A DNA stretch of 61,494 nt from Opitutia bacterium Tous-C10FEB (lineage in GTDB: Bacteria; Verrucomicrobiota; Verrucomicrobiia; Opitutales; Opitutaceae): assembly GCA_002304425.1 (NCBI GenBank), contig NEUY01000001.1, positions 1 to 61,494 of the forward strand, read 5' to 3'. Position 1 is the stretch's first letter. Each line of letters begins with the position of its first letter. The position numbers and the translations under genes were made by a program. Shown here piece after piece: positions 1 through 8,543 of this stretch. A model generated the notes under the pieces. It was not told the origin of the DNA. It did no database searches and saw only the letters and a program-made list of their open reading frames with translations.

Positions 1-687
1 CAGAATTTGCCGGTCACTTTTTGTCTAGATCGGGCCGGACTCTCGCCCAATGACGGCCCCACCCACCATGGTCTGTTCGACCTCGCTTACTTACGCTGCG
101 TCCCCAACGCCACGGTCATGCAGCCGAAGGATGAAGATGAATTTGTTGATATGCTGCACACCGCGCTGCACCTGCCCGGACCGGGTTTCATTCGCTACCC
201 GCGCGGCGCCGGTCCCGGAGCAACGATCAAAGCAACTCCCGCCCAACTGACGGTTGGCCAGGCGGAAGTTTTGCGCGAAGGCACGCAAATCATTATTTGG
301 GCCCTTGGCTCCATGGTGCCCGATGCCCTCCAACTCGCCGACCAACTCGCGCGCGATGAAGGTTGGTCGGTTGGCGTAGTTAACGCCCGCTTTATCAAAC
401 CACTGGACCGCACGCTCCTGCTGAAGCAGGCCGCCGCAGTTCCCCTGATTGTGACGATGGAAGACCATGTACTCGCGGGCGGTTTTGGTAGCGCCGTGCT
501 CGAAGCATTGCAGGAAGCGGATTGCTTAACCCCCGTCGAACGCATCGGGTGGCCCGATAAATTTGTGGAACACGGCAGCAATGTCGCGATCCTTCGCGCC
601 GCCTACGACCTCGCACCCGCTGACATTGCTCGCCGCGTGCAAGATCGCTACCGGCGCGTCCAAGTAGCCGCGAGTGGGTCACGCTAA
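1..687 (+). CDS. dxs: 1-deoxy-D-xylulose-5-phosphate synthase, C-terminal part (5' end outside window)
   Basis: Motifs DRAGLSPNDGPTHHGLFD, RYPRG, VNARFIKPLD, EDH..GGFGS and DKFVEHG are typical of the DXS C-terminal half. The frame is open from base 1. Confidence 0.93.
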   Translation, partial: QNLPVTFCLDRAGLSPNDGPTHHGLFDLAYLRCVPNATVMQPKDEDEFVDMLHTALHLPGPGFIRYPRGAGPGATIKATPAQLTVGQAEVLREGTQIIIWALGSMVPDALQLADQLARDEGWSVGVVNARFIKPLDRTLLLKQAAAVPLIVTMEDHVLAGGFGSAVLEALQEADCLTPVERIGWPDKFVEHGSNVAILRAAYDLAPADIARRVQDRYRRVQVAASGSR

Positions 688-771
688 TTTTTAGGCTCAG
701 GATGACGGCCCGTAGCCGATCCCGGGCAAAATAACCGGCGATAATGTTATGCCGCCTTGGGCTTTGCGTAT

Positions 772-802
772 AAAAAAGCCGCAACCTCTAGAGGATGCGG
801 CT
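772..802 (-). terminator. Rho-independent terminator downstream of the tRNA-Gly and small-protein unit
   Basis: Minus strand reads AGCCGCATCCTCTAGAGGTTGCGGC-TTTTTT, a GC stem followed by a U tract, 24 nt after the stop at 827. Confidence 0.8.
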
Positions 803-826
803 CGCAAGCGGGAAATTTACCGGAAT

Positions 827-1042
827 TTACTTCTTGGCTGCCGCGACATTGGTGCCGCCGCATTTCTCGCAATTTTTGCCATCTTTGGCTGCCGCAACAC
901 AGCAGGCGTGATCGCAGGTCTTACCGGCTTTTTCAGCCTTAAGATCGCACTTAGCTCTTTGAGAGACAGGAGCATCTGCAGCGGAAGCCAAGCTAGCACC
1001 TAAAAGTGCCGCGACAACTAACAGGATTTTAGAGAACTTCAT
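827..1042 (-). CDS. Small secreted Cys/Lys/Ala-rich protein (71 aa)
   Basis: MKFSKILLVVAALLGASLASA-ADAP looks like a Sec signal peptide with an A-S-A cleavage site. The mature part has six Cys (C-x10-C-x3-CC-x9-C-x2-C). A terminator follows. ATG at 1042 was chosen because the longer listed ORF runs into the tRNA. Confidence 0.75.
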   Translation of the reverse strand: MKFSKILLVVAALLGASLASAADAPVSQRAKCDLKAEKAGKTCDHACCVAAAKDGKNCEKCGGTNVAAAKK

Positions 1043-1061
1043 ATGAATTTTCGGGTTGAAT

Positions 1062-1135
1062 TGGTGCGGGCGGAGGGAGTCGAACCCTCCTCTCATGCTT
1101 GGGAAGCACGCATAATACCGATATACTACGCCCGC
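1062..1135 (-). tRNA. tRNA-Gly (anticodon CCC)
   Basis: Minus strand GCGGGCGTAGTATATCGGTATTATGCGTGCTTCCCAAGCATGAGAGGAGGGTTCGACTCCCTCCGCCCGCACCA: acceptor stem GCGGGCG/CGCCCGC, anticodon loop TTCCCAA, GTTCGA T-loop and encoded CCA. Confidence 0.96.
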
Positions 1136-1177
1136 AACTTGCGGTCAGACCAGAAGCGCAAAAAAGCCTGACGGCAA

Positions 1178-1771
1178 TCACGAATAATCGCGCCGCCCAT
1201 CAAGAGCACTTTTCAGCGTCACCGCATCAGCGTAGAGCACCCCACTCCCACTCGGCAACCCGAACCCAATCCGCGTCACCTTCACTCCAGCGGCCGGCAG
1301 TCGCGCCAAGAGGTAATGGCAGGTAGCTTCGCCTTCGACGTCGTTGGACAAAGCTAAAATAACTTCGGTCACCTCCCCCGCGGCGATCCGCGCAAATAAG
1401 GCGGCAAAATTTAAATCCTCCGGCGCCACGCCGCGCAGCGGCGATAGTTTACCGTGCAAAACGTGATAGCGCCCCCGGTAAGCCCCCGAACGCTCAATGG
1501 CGGCGAGATCCTGTACATATTCCACCACACACACCTGGCCATTACGGCGCTGATCATGGGCGCAGAGCGGACATAATTCCTCCTCCGAGAGATTACCGCA
1601 GAGCGTGCAACGGCGGACCTTCTTCGCCGCCACTTCGAGCGCGGCCACCAACTCCGGTAAACGGGCCGGCTTCTCAACCAACAAGTGTAAGGCAATCCGC
1701 TCGGCCGAACGAAAACCGATGCCAGGCAACTGCTTTAATTGCTTCTGCAAAATCTCGAGCGCGGGGGTCAT
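1178..1771 (-). CDS. recR: Recombination mediator RecR
   Basis: HhH motif LPGIG..SAERIA, C4 zinc finger CTLC...CPLC, Toprim motifs CVVE and YHVLHG.LSP, EGEAT, and RIGFGLP.G. Confidence 0.96.
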   Translation of the reverse strand: MTPALEILQKQLKQLPGIGFRSAERIALHLLVEKPARLPELVAALEVAAKKVRRCTLCGNLSEEELCPLCAHDQRRNGQVCVVEYVQDLAAIERSGAYRGRYHVLHGKLSPLRGVAPEDLNFAALFARIAAGEVTEVILALSNDVEGEATCHYLLARLPAAGVKVTRIGFGLPSGSGVLYADAVTLKSALDGRRDYS

Positions 1772-1849
1772 GCGATGCTCAAAGCTCGATCGGGTGTTTT
1801 AAAAAGATAACGCAACTAAACAGGTTACGCAAAAGTTGCTCGGCTTAAA

Positions 1850-2158
1850 TCAAAACCCACCGGGCATCTGAAAACCCGATGAAATCTTTTGCATCTCAGC
1901 TTCATTTTTTTCTTTAGACTTAAGCGCCGCTTCCTGCACCGCCTGCAAAATAGTTTCCTCAATAAATTTTTTATCCTCCTTAAGGAAGTCGGCGCCCAGC
2001 GTGAGCGCTTGAAACTTGCCCGCCCCGTTAATCTTAATCTGCACGGCGCCGCCACCGCTGGAAACATCGATGATTTGCACTTCGAGCGATGCTTGCATCG
2101 ACTCGATCTGTTTTTGCATTTTCTGAGCTTGTTTGAGGAGAGTGCCTACGCCGGCCAT
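1850..2158 (-). CDS. ybaB: YbaB/EbfC nucleoid-associated protein
   Basis: LLKQAQKMQ..., SSGGGAV.I...G, 102 aa, in the canonical position upstream of recR. Confidence 0.9.
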   Translation of the reverse strand: MAGVGTLLKQAQKMQKQIESMQASLEVQIIDVSSGGGAVQIKINGAGKFQALTLGADFLKEDKKFIEETILQAVQEAALKSKEKNEAEMQKISSGFQMPGGF

Positions 2159-2188
2159 AGTATGTGGGGGTTGAATTAAGTGAGGCCA

Positions 2189-2214
2189 ACTAATGAAGAC
2201 TAATAGGCACTAAT
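2189..2214. repeat. Three ACTAAT hexamers at exact 10-bp period
   Basis: ACTAAT-gaag-ACTAAT-aggc-ACTAAT at 2189, 2199 and 2209, about 30 nt upstream of the ybaB start. Confidence 0.7.
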
Positions 2215-2252
2215 CACGCAAAATTTCTTACAAAAATTCTATCCGCCCCCAC

Positions 2253-3155
2253 TCAGGGTCGCCCGAGAATAGCACGGTACCCGACCTGATAGTCAGGAAA
2301 TTGCGGCTGCCAGCCGAGCATCTCTTGGATTTTCTTACTGCTGATCAAACGATCAGGGGTCGGGACACCCCCGCGCCGCGTCCCCGAGGTGCCATCAAAG
2401 ACAGGCGAGGCGACGCCCACCTGCGCGGCCAACCACGACCCCACCTCGGCCCGGCGGGCGGGGTGGCCATCAGTCACATTAAAAGTTTCATTGCCGAACA
2501 CCGCCGGCGCGACGAGCCCCGCCATGATCGCTGACACGATATCGTCACGGTAAATCAAATTCAAATGCGGCCCCCCTGAGCCGCTTAACGCGATTGCGCC
2601 CGCTCGTAGTTGGTCGAGCAGATGATGACGACCCGGACCATAAATTCCTGCGAGCCGGAGTATGAACCAACGGCGACACGCCAAGGCGGAGGCTCGCTCT
2701 AATATAATTTCTGACTCCCTGATGATGGCGCCAGTCGGTGTTCCTCCGCCAGAATCGGCCAACTCATCCACCACAGCCCCGTCACCGTGAGGATAAACGG
2801 AAGTGCTGCTAGTATAAATTAATGTGCCCACGGGGATTTGTCCCGTCTGCGCCCAAACGAGAATGGACTTTTGGCCGGCGACATAAGATTGCCGATAGCC
2901 CTCGATTCCCGGTGCACTGGCGCTCACGCAGTTGACCACAAAATCTGCCCCCGGCGCGATCTGACGATGCCAGTCAGCTGAAGCCAATTCAGCTGTGACG
3001 ACCGAGGTTAAACCCTCCGCCCGCAAGGCGGCGGCTTTCTCAGTATTGCGCGTGACGGCCTCAACCTGCGCTCCCGCCGCGAGCGCAGTTCGAGCCAAGG
3101 ATGAACCTACGTAACCGCAACCGAAGATAACCAGTCGCTTTCCTGCCAGATTCAT
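2253..3155 (-). CDS. NAD-dependent epimerase/dehydratase (atypical SDR, YeeZ-like)
   Basis: Rossmann motif IFGCGYVG, plus YTSSTSVY, LRLAGIYGPGR and FN.TD. Start placed at MNLAGKR. Confidence 0.85.
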   Translation of the reverse strand: MNLAGKRLVIFGCGYVGSSLARTALAAGAQVEAVTRNTEKAAALRAEGLTSVVTAELASADWHRQIAPGADFVVNCVSASAPGIEGYRQSYVAGQKSILVWAQTGQIPVGTLIYTSSTSVYPHGDGAVVDELADSGGGTPTGAIIRESEIILERASALACRRWFILRLAGIYGPGRHHLLDQLRAGAIALSGSGGPHLNLIYRDDIVSAIMAGLVAPAVFGNETFNVTDGHPARRAEVGSWLAAQVGVASPVFDGTSGTRRGGVPTPDRLISSKKIQEMLGWQPQFPDYQVGYRAILGRP

Positions 3156-3251
3156 GAGCGCCAAATTGCGACCGAATCGAACCAACCCAACATAATTCGA
3201 TAATGCGAAAGAGTAGCAAAAACGAAGCCCCTCCATCATGCCGCCACCCGA

Positions 3252-3350
3252 TTTAAGCCACAGATCGGCACGGATTAGGTCTGGATTTTAAAATCAATCC
3301 CCCCGCCTGATTCTATCCTGATCCCATCCTGCCCCATCCATGGTTAAAAA
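3252..3350. repeat. Degenerate inverted repeat built from ~10-bp GGAT/ATCC units (REP/MITE-like)
   Basis: Left arm TTTAAGCCACAGATCGGCACGGATTAGGTCTGGAT. Right arm ATCCTGATCCCATCCTGCCCCATCCATGGTTAAAA, whose reverse complement is TTTTAACCATGGATGGGGCAGGATGGGATCAGGAT. Confidence 0.55.
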
Positions 3351-3471
3351 TTCATGGAGGTCGATTCTCCCCCTTTTTTATGGCCGAAGCTGCTGTAAAA
3401 CTAAGGATTATTTTATCTTTTTTTTAGCCCCTAGATCTGGGGTAAATGCCTTAATCGCCAATTTCGTGTCT

Positions 3472-3801
3472 AGCCGTTTTCTCCGCAATACCCGACTCGA
3501 TGAAGTCCCCCAGCTCTGGAATGTTCTCACGGGCGAGATGAGCCTCATTGGTCCCCGCGCCGAATGGGTGCGCTTGGTGAATGACTATGAACAGCAAATC
3601 CCCTGCTATCATTTTCGTCACCTCGTGAAACCCGGCATCACCGGCTGGGCTCAAGTCAGCTACCATTATGGGGAGAATCTCGAGGATACGCTCCGCAAAT
3701 TGGAATATGACCTCTACTATATTCGCTATTTTTCGTTCGTGCTCGATGCGTCGATCATGCTGAAAACGATCCATTTCATGCTCTTTGGCAAAGGCCGTTA
3801 A
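3472..3801 (+). pseudogene. C-terminal fragment of a polyprenyl-phosphate sugar transferase (Bac_transf; WcaJ/CpsE family)
   Basis: RFLRNTRLDEVPQLWNVLTGEMSLIGPR, VKPGITGWAQV and KLEYDLYY are present. The upstream KR..D, TM helix and KFRTM part is absent and replaced by AT-rich non-homologous sequence. Confidence 0.75.
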
Positions 3802-3889
3802 GGGATAAATCTCCGGATTGCGCGACAGCCCAGAATCAGTATGTTGAAAAACTTGGCGCTGCGACTCTCGCGGCGCCAGGTTCCTCTTC

Positions 3890-5284
3890 TTGAAAACATA
3901 CGACTTTATCTGCATTGGTGGCGGCAGTGCCGGTTTTAACGCCGCCCGAGTGGCGACTGGACTCGGCCTGAAGGTGGCCATCGTTGATGGCGCCCCACAA
4001 CTAGGTGGGCTCTGCATTTTGCGGGGCTGCATGCCCTCCAAAACCCTCATTTACGCAGCGGAAGTACTCCACCAGGCCCAGCACGCAAAACGCTTCGGCC
4101 TTAAAATTACCGGAGCGAGCGCGGACATGAAAGCCGTGCACGCGCGGAAAATTAAAATCATCGGGGAATTTGCGGATCATCGCCAGCAGGCCCTAAAATC
4201 AGGCCGGTATGACCTCTATCAAACGACGGCGACTTTTATCGACCCCCACACTTTGCAATTGGCCGACGGCCGCCAGCTTCGCGGGAAAAAATTCCTGCTC
4301 GGCACCGGCTCGAAAGTCAGTGTGCCCGCGATTGCCGGATTAGCCGATGTCAATTGCTGGAGCAGCGACGAGGTCCTCGAGCTCGCTTTCGTGCCGAAGA
4401 GCGTCTTGGTCCTGGGGGGCGGGATCGTTGCCTGCGAGCTGGCCCAATTTTTGCGCCGTATCGGCAGCAAGGTCACCATGATCCAACGGAGTCTCCATAT
4501 TCTACGCGACTGCTCAGCGGAGTCGGCTCAGGTGGTCGCGCAAGCTTTCGTGGATGAAGGCATCCGACTATTCACGAACACGCAATTGCAGCACATCCGC
4601 CAAGATAAACGCGGCTTCACGGTCACTTTCCTCCAAGCTGGCAAAAAAATCACGCGCCGCGCTGATCATTGCTTTAACGCCCTCGGTCGTGAACCCAATA
4701 CGGCCAGCCTGGGGCTCGCTGCTGCCGGCGTCAAAACGCTCCCCAGTGGCCAAGTCATCATCAATCGCTGGCAGCAGAGCAGTGCCGCCCATATTTACGC
4801 GGCCGGCGATTGCTCAGGGCCGGCGGAAATTGTACATATCGCCATCGCCCAGGCTGAATTAGCCGCGCGCCACGCCGCTCGAGTTAAAGGCCTCCAGCCC
4901 GTTGATTTCTCTCTCCTTCTCAGCGTCGTCTTTACTGATCCCCAGTTGGCCACCATTGGCGTGCTGGAGCGCGATCTGCAAAAGCGTAAAGTGAAATATC
5001 TCAGCGCCACCTATCCCTTCAATGACCACGGGAAATCCATCCTCATGGAGGCAAATTATGGCTATGTGAAGGTACTGGCCGACCCCCAGCGCGGCCGAAT
5101 CCTCGGGGCGGAGATCGTCGGCAAAGATGCGGGCGAACTGATCCACTGCTTTTCCACCCCGCTAGCTATGCGCGCGACGGTCTACGACATGCTCCGCGCC
5201 CCGTGGTATCATCCAACTCTCGCCGAGATCATTACCTATCCCCTCGAGGAAATCGTCGCGCAGCTGGCGCGGTCAGCCCGCTAA
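3890..5284 (+). CDS. Class I pyridine nucleotide-disulfide oxidoreductase (dihydrolipoamide dehydrogenase/MerA-like family)
   Basis: GGGSAG FAD motif, redox pair GGLCILRGCMPSK, GGGIVACE, AAGD and C-terminal HPTLAE. TTG start. Confidence 0.88.
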   Translation: MKTYDFICIGGGSAGFNAARVATGLGLKVAIVDGAPQLGGLCILRGCMPSKTLIYAAEVLHQAQHAKRFGLKITGASADMKAVHARKIKIIGEFADHRQQALKSGRYDLYQTTATFIDPHTLQLADGRQLRGKKFLLGTGSKVSVPAIAGLADVNCWSSDEVLELAFVPKSVLVLGGGIVACELAQFLRRIGSKVTMIQRSLHILRDCSAESAQVVAQAFVDEGIRLFTNTQLQHIRQDKRGFTVTFLQAGKKITRRADHCFNALGREPNTASLGLAAAGVKTLPSGQVIINRWQQSSAAHIYAAGDCSGPAEIVHIAIAQAELAARHAARVKGLQPVDFSLLLSVVFTDPQLATIGVLERDLQKRKVKYLSATYPFNDHGKSILMEANYGYVKVLADPQRGRILGAEIVGKDAGELIHCFSTPLAMRATVYDMLRAPWYHPTLAEIITYPLEEIVAQLARSAR

Positions 5285-5341
5285 ATACCCTGCGCTGCTA
5301 TTTATTTTACTCGATGAATCTATCCCACTAATAACTCTTCC

Positions 5342-6409
5342 ATGCCCGACTACCAAGCCCCTGAATTTCTCGTTGAATTACTAAAAGCTAAGTCGCCGTC
5401 CGGCGCGGAGGCTCAAGCCCAAGCGGTTTACGACAAGTACGTGAAACCTCACGCCGACACTTATGCCCATGACGCGCTCGGCTGCCGCTTGGCTACCCTC
5501 AATAAAACAGGCGGCCCCACCTTAATGTTCTCCGGTCACATGGATGAACTGGGCCTGATCATCACCTACATCAACAAAGATGGTTACCTCTACTTCGACA
5601 CCATTGGGGGTCACGACCGGAGCATCATCTCCGGGCGACGCGTCATCATTCAAACGGCGGCCGGCTCGGTGAAAGGCGTAACGGGAAAACGCGCCATCCA
5701 TTTAATGGAAGAAGCCGATCGGAAGAAAGTTCCGGAGATTCATGAAATCTGGATTGATATCGGCGCGCGCACAAAAGCAGAGGCCCTCCGTCGCGTGGCG
5801 ATTGGCGATGTGGCCACTTACGATCACGAATTTGAACTGATCAACGGCAGCATCGGCACCGCGCGCGCCTTCGACAACAAAGTCGGCGCCTACATCGTCG
5901 GCGAAGCCTTGATCCGACTGGCTCGCGAAAAAGCAAAACTGAACGCCAAAGTTGTGTCGGTCGCGACCACCCAAGAAGAAATTGGCGTCCGCGGCGCCCA
6001 AACCTCCGCCTTTGCGGTTGATCCACAAATTGCACTCGCCGTCGATGTGGGCCATGCCACCGATCACCCGGATTGCGACCCACGTAAACACGGGGAAACC
6101 AAGCTCGGCGGCGGTCCCATCATTTGCCGCGGCCCCAATATCAATCCGAGGGTTTATGCGCGACTCGTGGCTTGCGCCAAAAAAGCTAAGATTACGATCC
6201 AGTTTGATGCTGATCCGCGTCCCACCGGAACCGATGCTCGCGCCATCCAAATGGCCCGCGGCGGCGTTGCCTGCGGGTTGGTCTCCATTCCTCTCCGCTA
6301 CATGCATACCCCGAGCGAGGTGGTCGACCTCGCGGATGTGGAAAACTGCGTGAAGCTCTTCGTCGCCTTTGCTAAATCAATCAGCCAGGACGAGAGCTTT
6401 TATTGGTAA
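5342..6409 (+). CDS. M42 family aminopeptidase (TET/FrvX-like)
   Basis: SPSG.E, GHMDELG, RAFDNK.G, QEEIG.RGA, A.DV, GTDA and LRYMHTPSE. Confidence 0.92.
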   Translation: MPDYQAPEFLVELLKAKSPSGAEAQAQAVYDKYVKPHADTYAHDALGCRLATLNKTGGPTLMFSGHMDELGLIITYINKDGYLYFDTIGGHDRSIISGRRVIIQTAAGSVKGVTGKRAIHLMEEADRKKVPEIHEIWIDIGARTKAEALRRVAIGDVATYDHEFELINGSIGTARAFDNKVGAYIVGEALIRLAREKAKLNAKVVSVATTQEEIGVRGAQTSAFAVDPQIALAVDVGHATDHPDCDPRKHGETKLGGGPIICRGPNINPRVYARLVACAKKAKITIQFDADPRPTGTDARAIQMARGGVACGLVSIPLRYMHTPSEVVDLADVENCVKLFVAFAKSISQDESFYW

Positions 6410-6553
6410 TCCTCTTCGCGGAGTTTAGTCTATCCCACCCTAGCGATTGATTATCGCTGGGGCCAAGCGCACTCAGCGAGAAGCGGAGGGCGCTGCGCCA
6501 TCGCCCAGAGGGCCGAAGGTCCGTGTCAACAGGAGCACCGAGCAAAGCCGACC

Positions 6554-7861
6554 TTAGGCAGCGTCTTTACCCCGAGAGGAGGCCGCTGGCCGCGCGATTT
6601 TTACTAATTGCGGCTTCTTGCGACCTTCGACGACCGCTTGGTCAATGATAACTTCCGCAATATCGTCGCGTTGCGGCAGGTCGTACATGACGTCCAACAT
6701 CAACTTCTCTAAGATCGCTCGCAAGGCGCGTGCGCCAGTCTTAAGCTCGATGGCCCGCTGCGCGATCGCCCGCAGAGCATCGCGCGTGAACTTAAGCTGC
6801 ACACCATCCATCGCAAAAAGCTTAGAGTACTGCTTCACCATCGAATTTTTTGTGAGGAGCAGAACTTTTTCCAAATCAGCAATCTTCAACTGATCGAGCA
6901 CTGAAACCACCGGCAAGCGGCCGATGAACTCAGGAATCATTCCGAAGCGGATCAAATCTTCTGGCGCCACCCCGCGCATCATTTCGTCGGGCGTCAGCTC
7001 ATGATCCTTGGAGTTGATATGGAAACCGAGGGAACGTTGGCCCAAGCGCTTCTTGATCACCTCATCGAGCCCGACAAAAGCGCCGCCGCAGATAAAGAGA
7101 ATATTCGCGGTGTTAACCTGTATATATTCTTGGTTCGGATGCTTCCGGCCACCTTGCGGCGGAACGTTGCAGGTCGTGCCTTCCAGCACCTTGAGTAAAG
7201 CTTGTTGCACGCCCTCACCCGAAACGTCGCGGGTGATGGAGACATTTTCCGTGGTGCGGCGAATCTTATCGATCTCGTCGATGTAGATAATGCCACACTC
7301 GGCTTTCTTCACGTCGTAATTGGCCGACTGCAATAAACGCAGCACCACATTTTCGACATCCTCCCCGACGTAACCAGCCTCGGTCAGTGTCGTCGCATCC
7401 GAAATCGCAAAAGGCACATCTAAGATTCGCGCCAGCGAACGAGCCAGGAGCGTCTTGCCCGAGCCGGTCGGTCCGACCAAGAGAATATTGCTCTTCTCCA
7501 CTTCCACATCGCTGAACTCAGCCGTCAGTAAGGGTTGCGCCGCGGGATCGAAATTAAGGCGCTTATAATGATTATAGACCGCGACCGAGAGAACCTTCTT
7601 CGCGTGTTCCTGACCAATCACGTGATCATCGAGCACTTTCCTGATATCGGCCGGCTTGATGAGACGGAAAGCGGGCTTCGGGGCACCTTCAGCGGGTCCG
7701 GCAGCCGTAGCCGTTTCTTTAACTTCGCGATCAATGATCGTCTTACAGACGTTGACGCATGCATCACAAATATAAACCCCTGGACCCGCGATGATCTTGC
7801 GGACTTCCGCCTGCGATTTTCCGCAGAACGAACAAAGGGTGACGCGCGATGATTTGGCCAT
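6554..7861 (-). CDS. clpX: ATP-dependent Clp protease ATP-binding subunit ClpX
   Basis: Zinc domain CSFCGK...ICDAC, Walker [17 protein letters not shown] pore loop, IDEIDK, RKHP and TGARALR. Confidence 0.98.
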   Translation of the reverse strand: MAKSSRVTLCSFCGKSQAEVRKIIAGPGVYICDACVNVCKTIIDREVKETATAAGPAEGAPKPAFRLIKPADIRKVLDDHVIGQEHAKKVLSVAVYNHYKRLNFDPAAQPLLTAEFSDVEVEKSNILLVGPTGSGKTLLARSLARILDVPFAISDATTLTEAGYVGEDVENVVLRLLQSANYDVKKAECGIIYIDEIDKIRRTTENVSITRDVSGEGVQQALLKVLEGTTCNVPPQGGRKHPNQEYIQVNTANILFICGGAFVGLDEVIKKRLGQRSLGFHINSKDHELTPDEMMRGVAPEDLIRFGMIPEFIGRLPVVSVLDQLKIADLEKVLLLTKNSMVKQYSKLFAMDGVQLKFTRDALRAIAQRAIELKTGARALRAILEKLMLDVMYDLPQRDDIAEVIIDQAVVEGRKKPQLVKIARPAASSRGKDAA

Positions 7862-7916
7862 GAGCAGTTATATCGTCTCGCCGGCAGCGTTAGTCGAGGG
7901 CTTTTCCCGTCCTAAA

Positions 7917-8543
7917 TCAGGGCTGGGCCGCCGTCGTTTGAGCAATTTTTTGAGCATCACGCGTCGACGCAACTACATGATCAACAATGCCATAAGTCTT
8001 AGCCTCTTCCGCGCTCAAATAATAATCTCGGTCGGAATCAATGCCCACTTGGTCGGCCGTTTTGCCGGTGTGCTTGGCGATGGTTTCATTGAGGGTTTTC
8101 CGCCAACGGAGAATCTCCTTGGCCTGAATCGCAATATCCGCGGCCTGACCACCCGCCCCACCCGAAGGCTGATGAATCATCACGCGGCTATTCGGCAGAG
8201 CGAAGCGTTTACCCTTGGTCCCAGCGGCGAGCAAAATCGTGCTCATGCTCGCCGCCATCCCAATGCAGTAAGTGACAATATCACACTGCAAAAAGTTCAT
8301 CGTATCATAGATGGCCATACCACCCGTGACGACGCCACCAGGTGAGTTAATGTAAAGATGGATGTCCTTTTTCGGGTCCTCCATTTGCAGGAAAAGAAAT
8401 TGGGCAATTACCACATTGGCGACATCGTCATCGATCGGCGTGCCGATAAAAACAATCCGGTCCTTGAGTAAGCGGGAATAGATATCCATCCGCGACTCAC
8501 CGCGGCCAGTGTTTTCAATAACGATGGGAACGTAGTAGCTCAT
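7917..8543 (-). CDS. clpP: Clp protease proteolytic subunit
   Basis: [22 protein letters not shown] (catalytic Ser), MIHQP (His) and DRD (Asp). Confidence 0.98.
   Translation of the reverse strand: MSYYVPIVIENTGRGESRMDIYSRLLKDRIVFIGTPIDDDVANVVIAQFLFLQMEDPKKDIHLYINSPGGVVTGGMAIYDTMNFLQCDIVTYCIGMAASMSTILLAAGTKGKRFALPNSRVMIHQPSGGAGGQAADIAIQAKEILRWRKTLNETIAKHTGKTADQVGIDSDRDYYLSAEEAKTYGIVDHVVASTRDAQKIAQTTAAQP

Noticed and set aside
827-1096. Longer 89-aa version of the small secreted protein
   Set aside because: The extra N-terminal codons overlap the tRNA-Gly gene. The ATG at 1042 gives a clean signal peptide.
1062-1135. tRNA as the attachment site of a genomic island or prophage
   Set aside because: No integrase, I noticed no duplicated tRNA 3' end, and the flanking genes are housekeeping.
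3890-5284. Possible mercuric reductase merA
   Set aside because: No C-terminal Cys-Cys pair, no N-terminal HMA domain and no merR/T/P genes nearby.
6410-6553. Hairpin CCCTAGCGAT-TGATT-ATCGCTGGGG between the convergent M42 and clpX genes
   Set aside because: No U tract on either strand and no second copy noticed, so too weak to call a terminator or REP.
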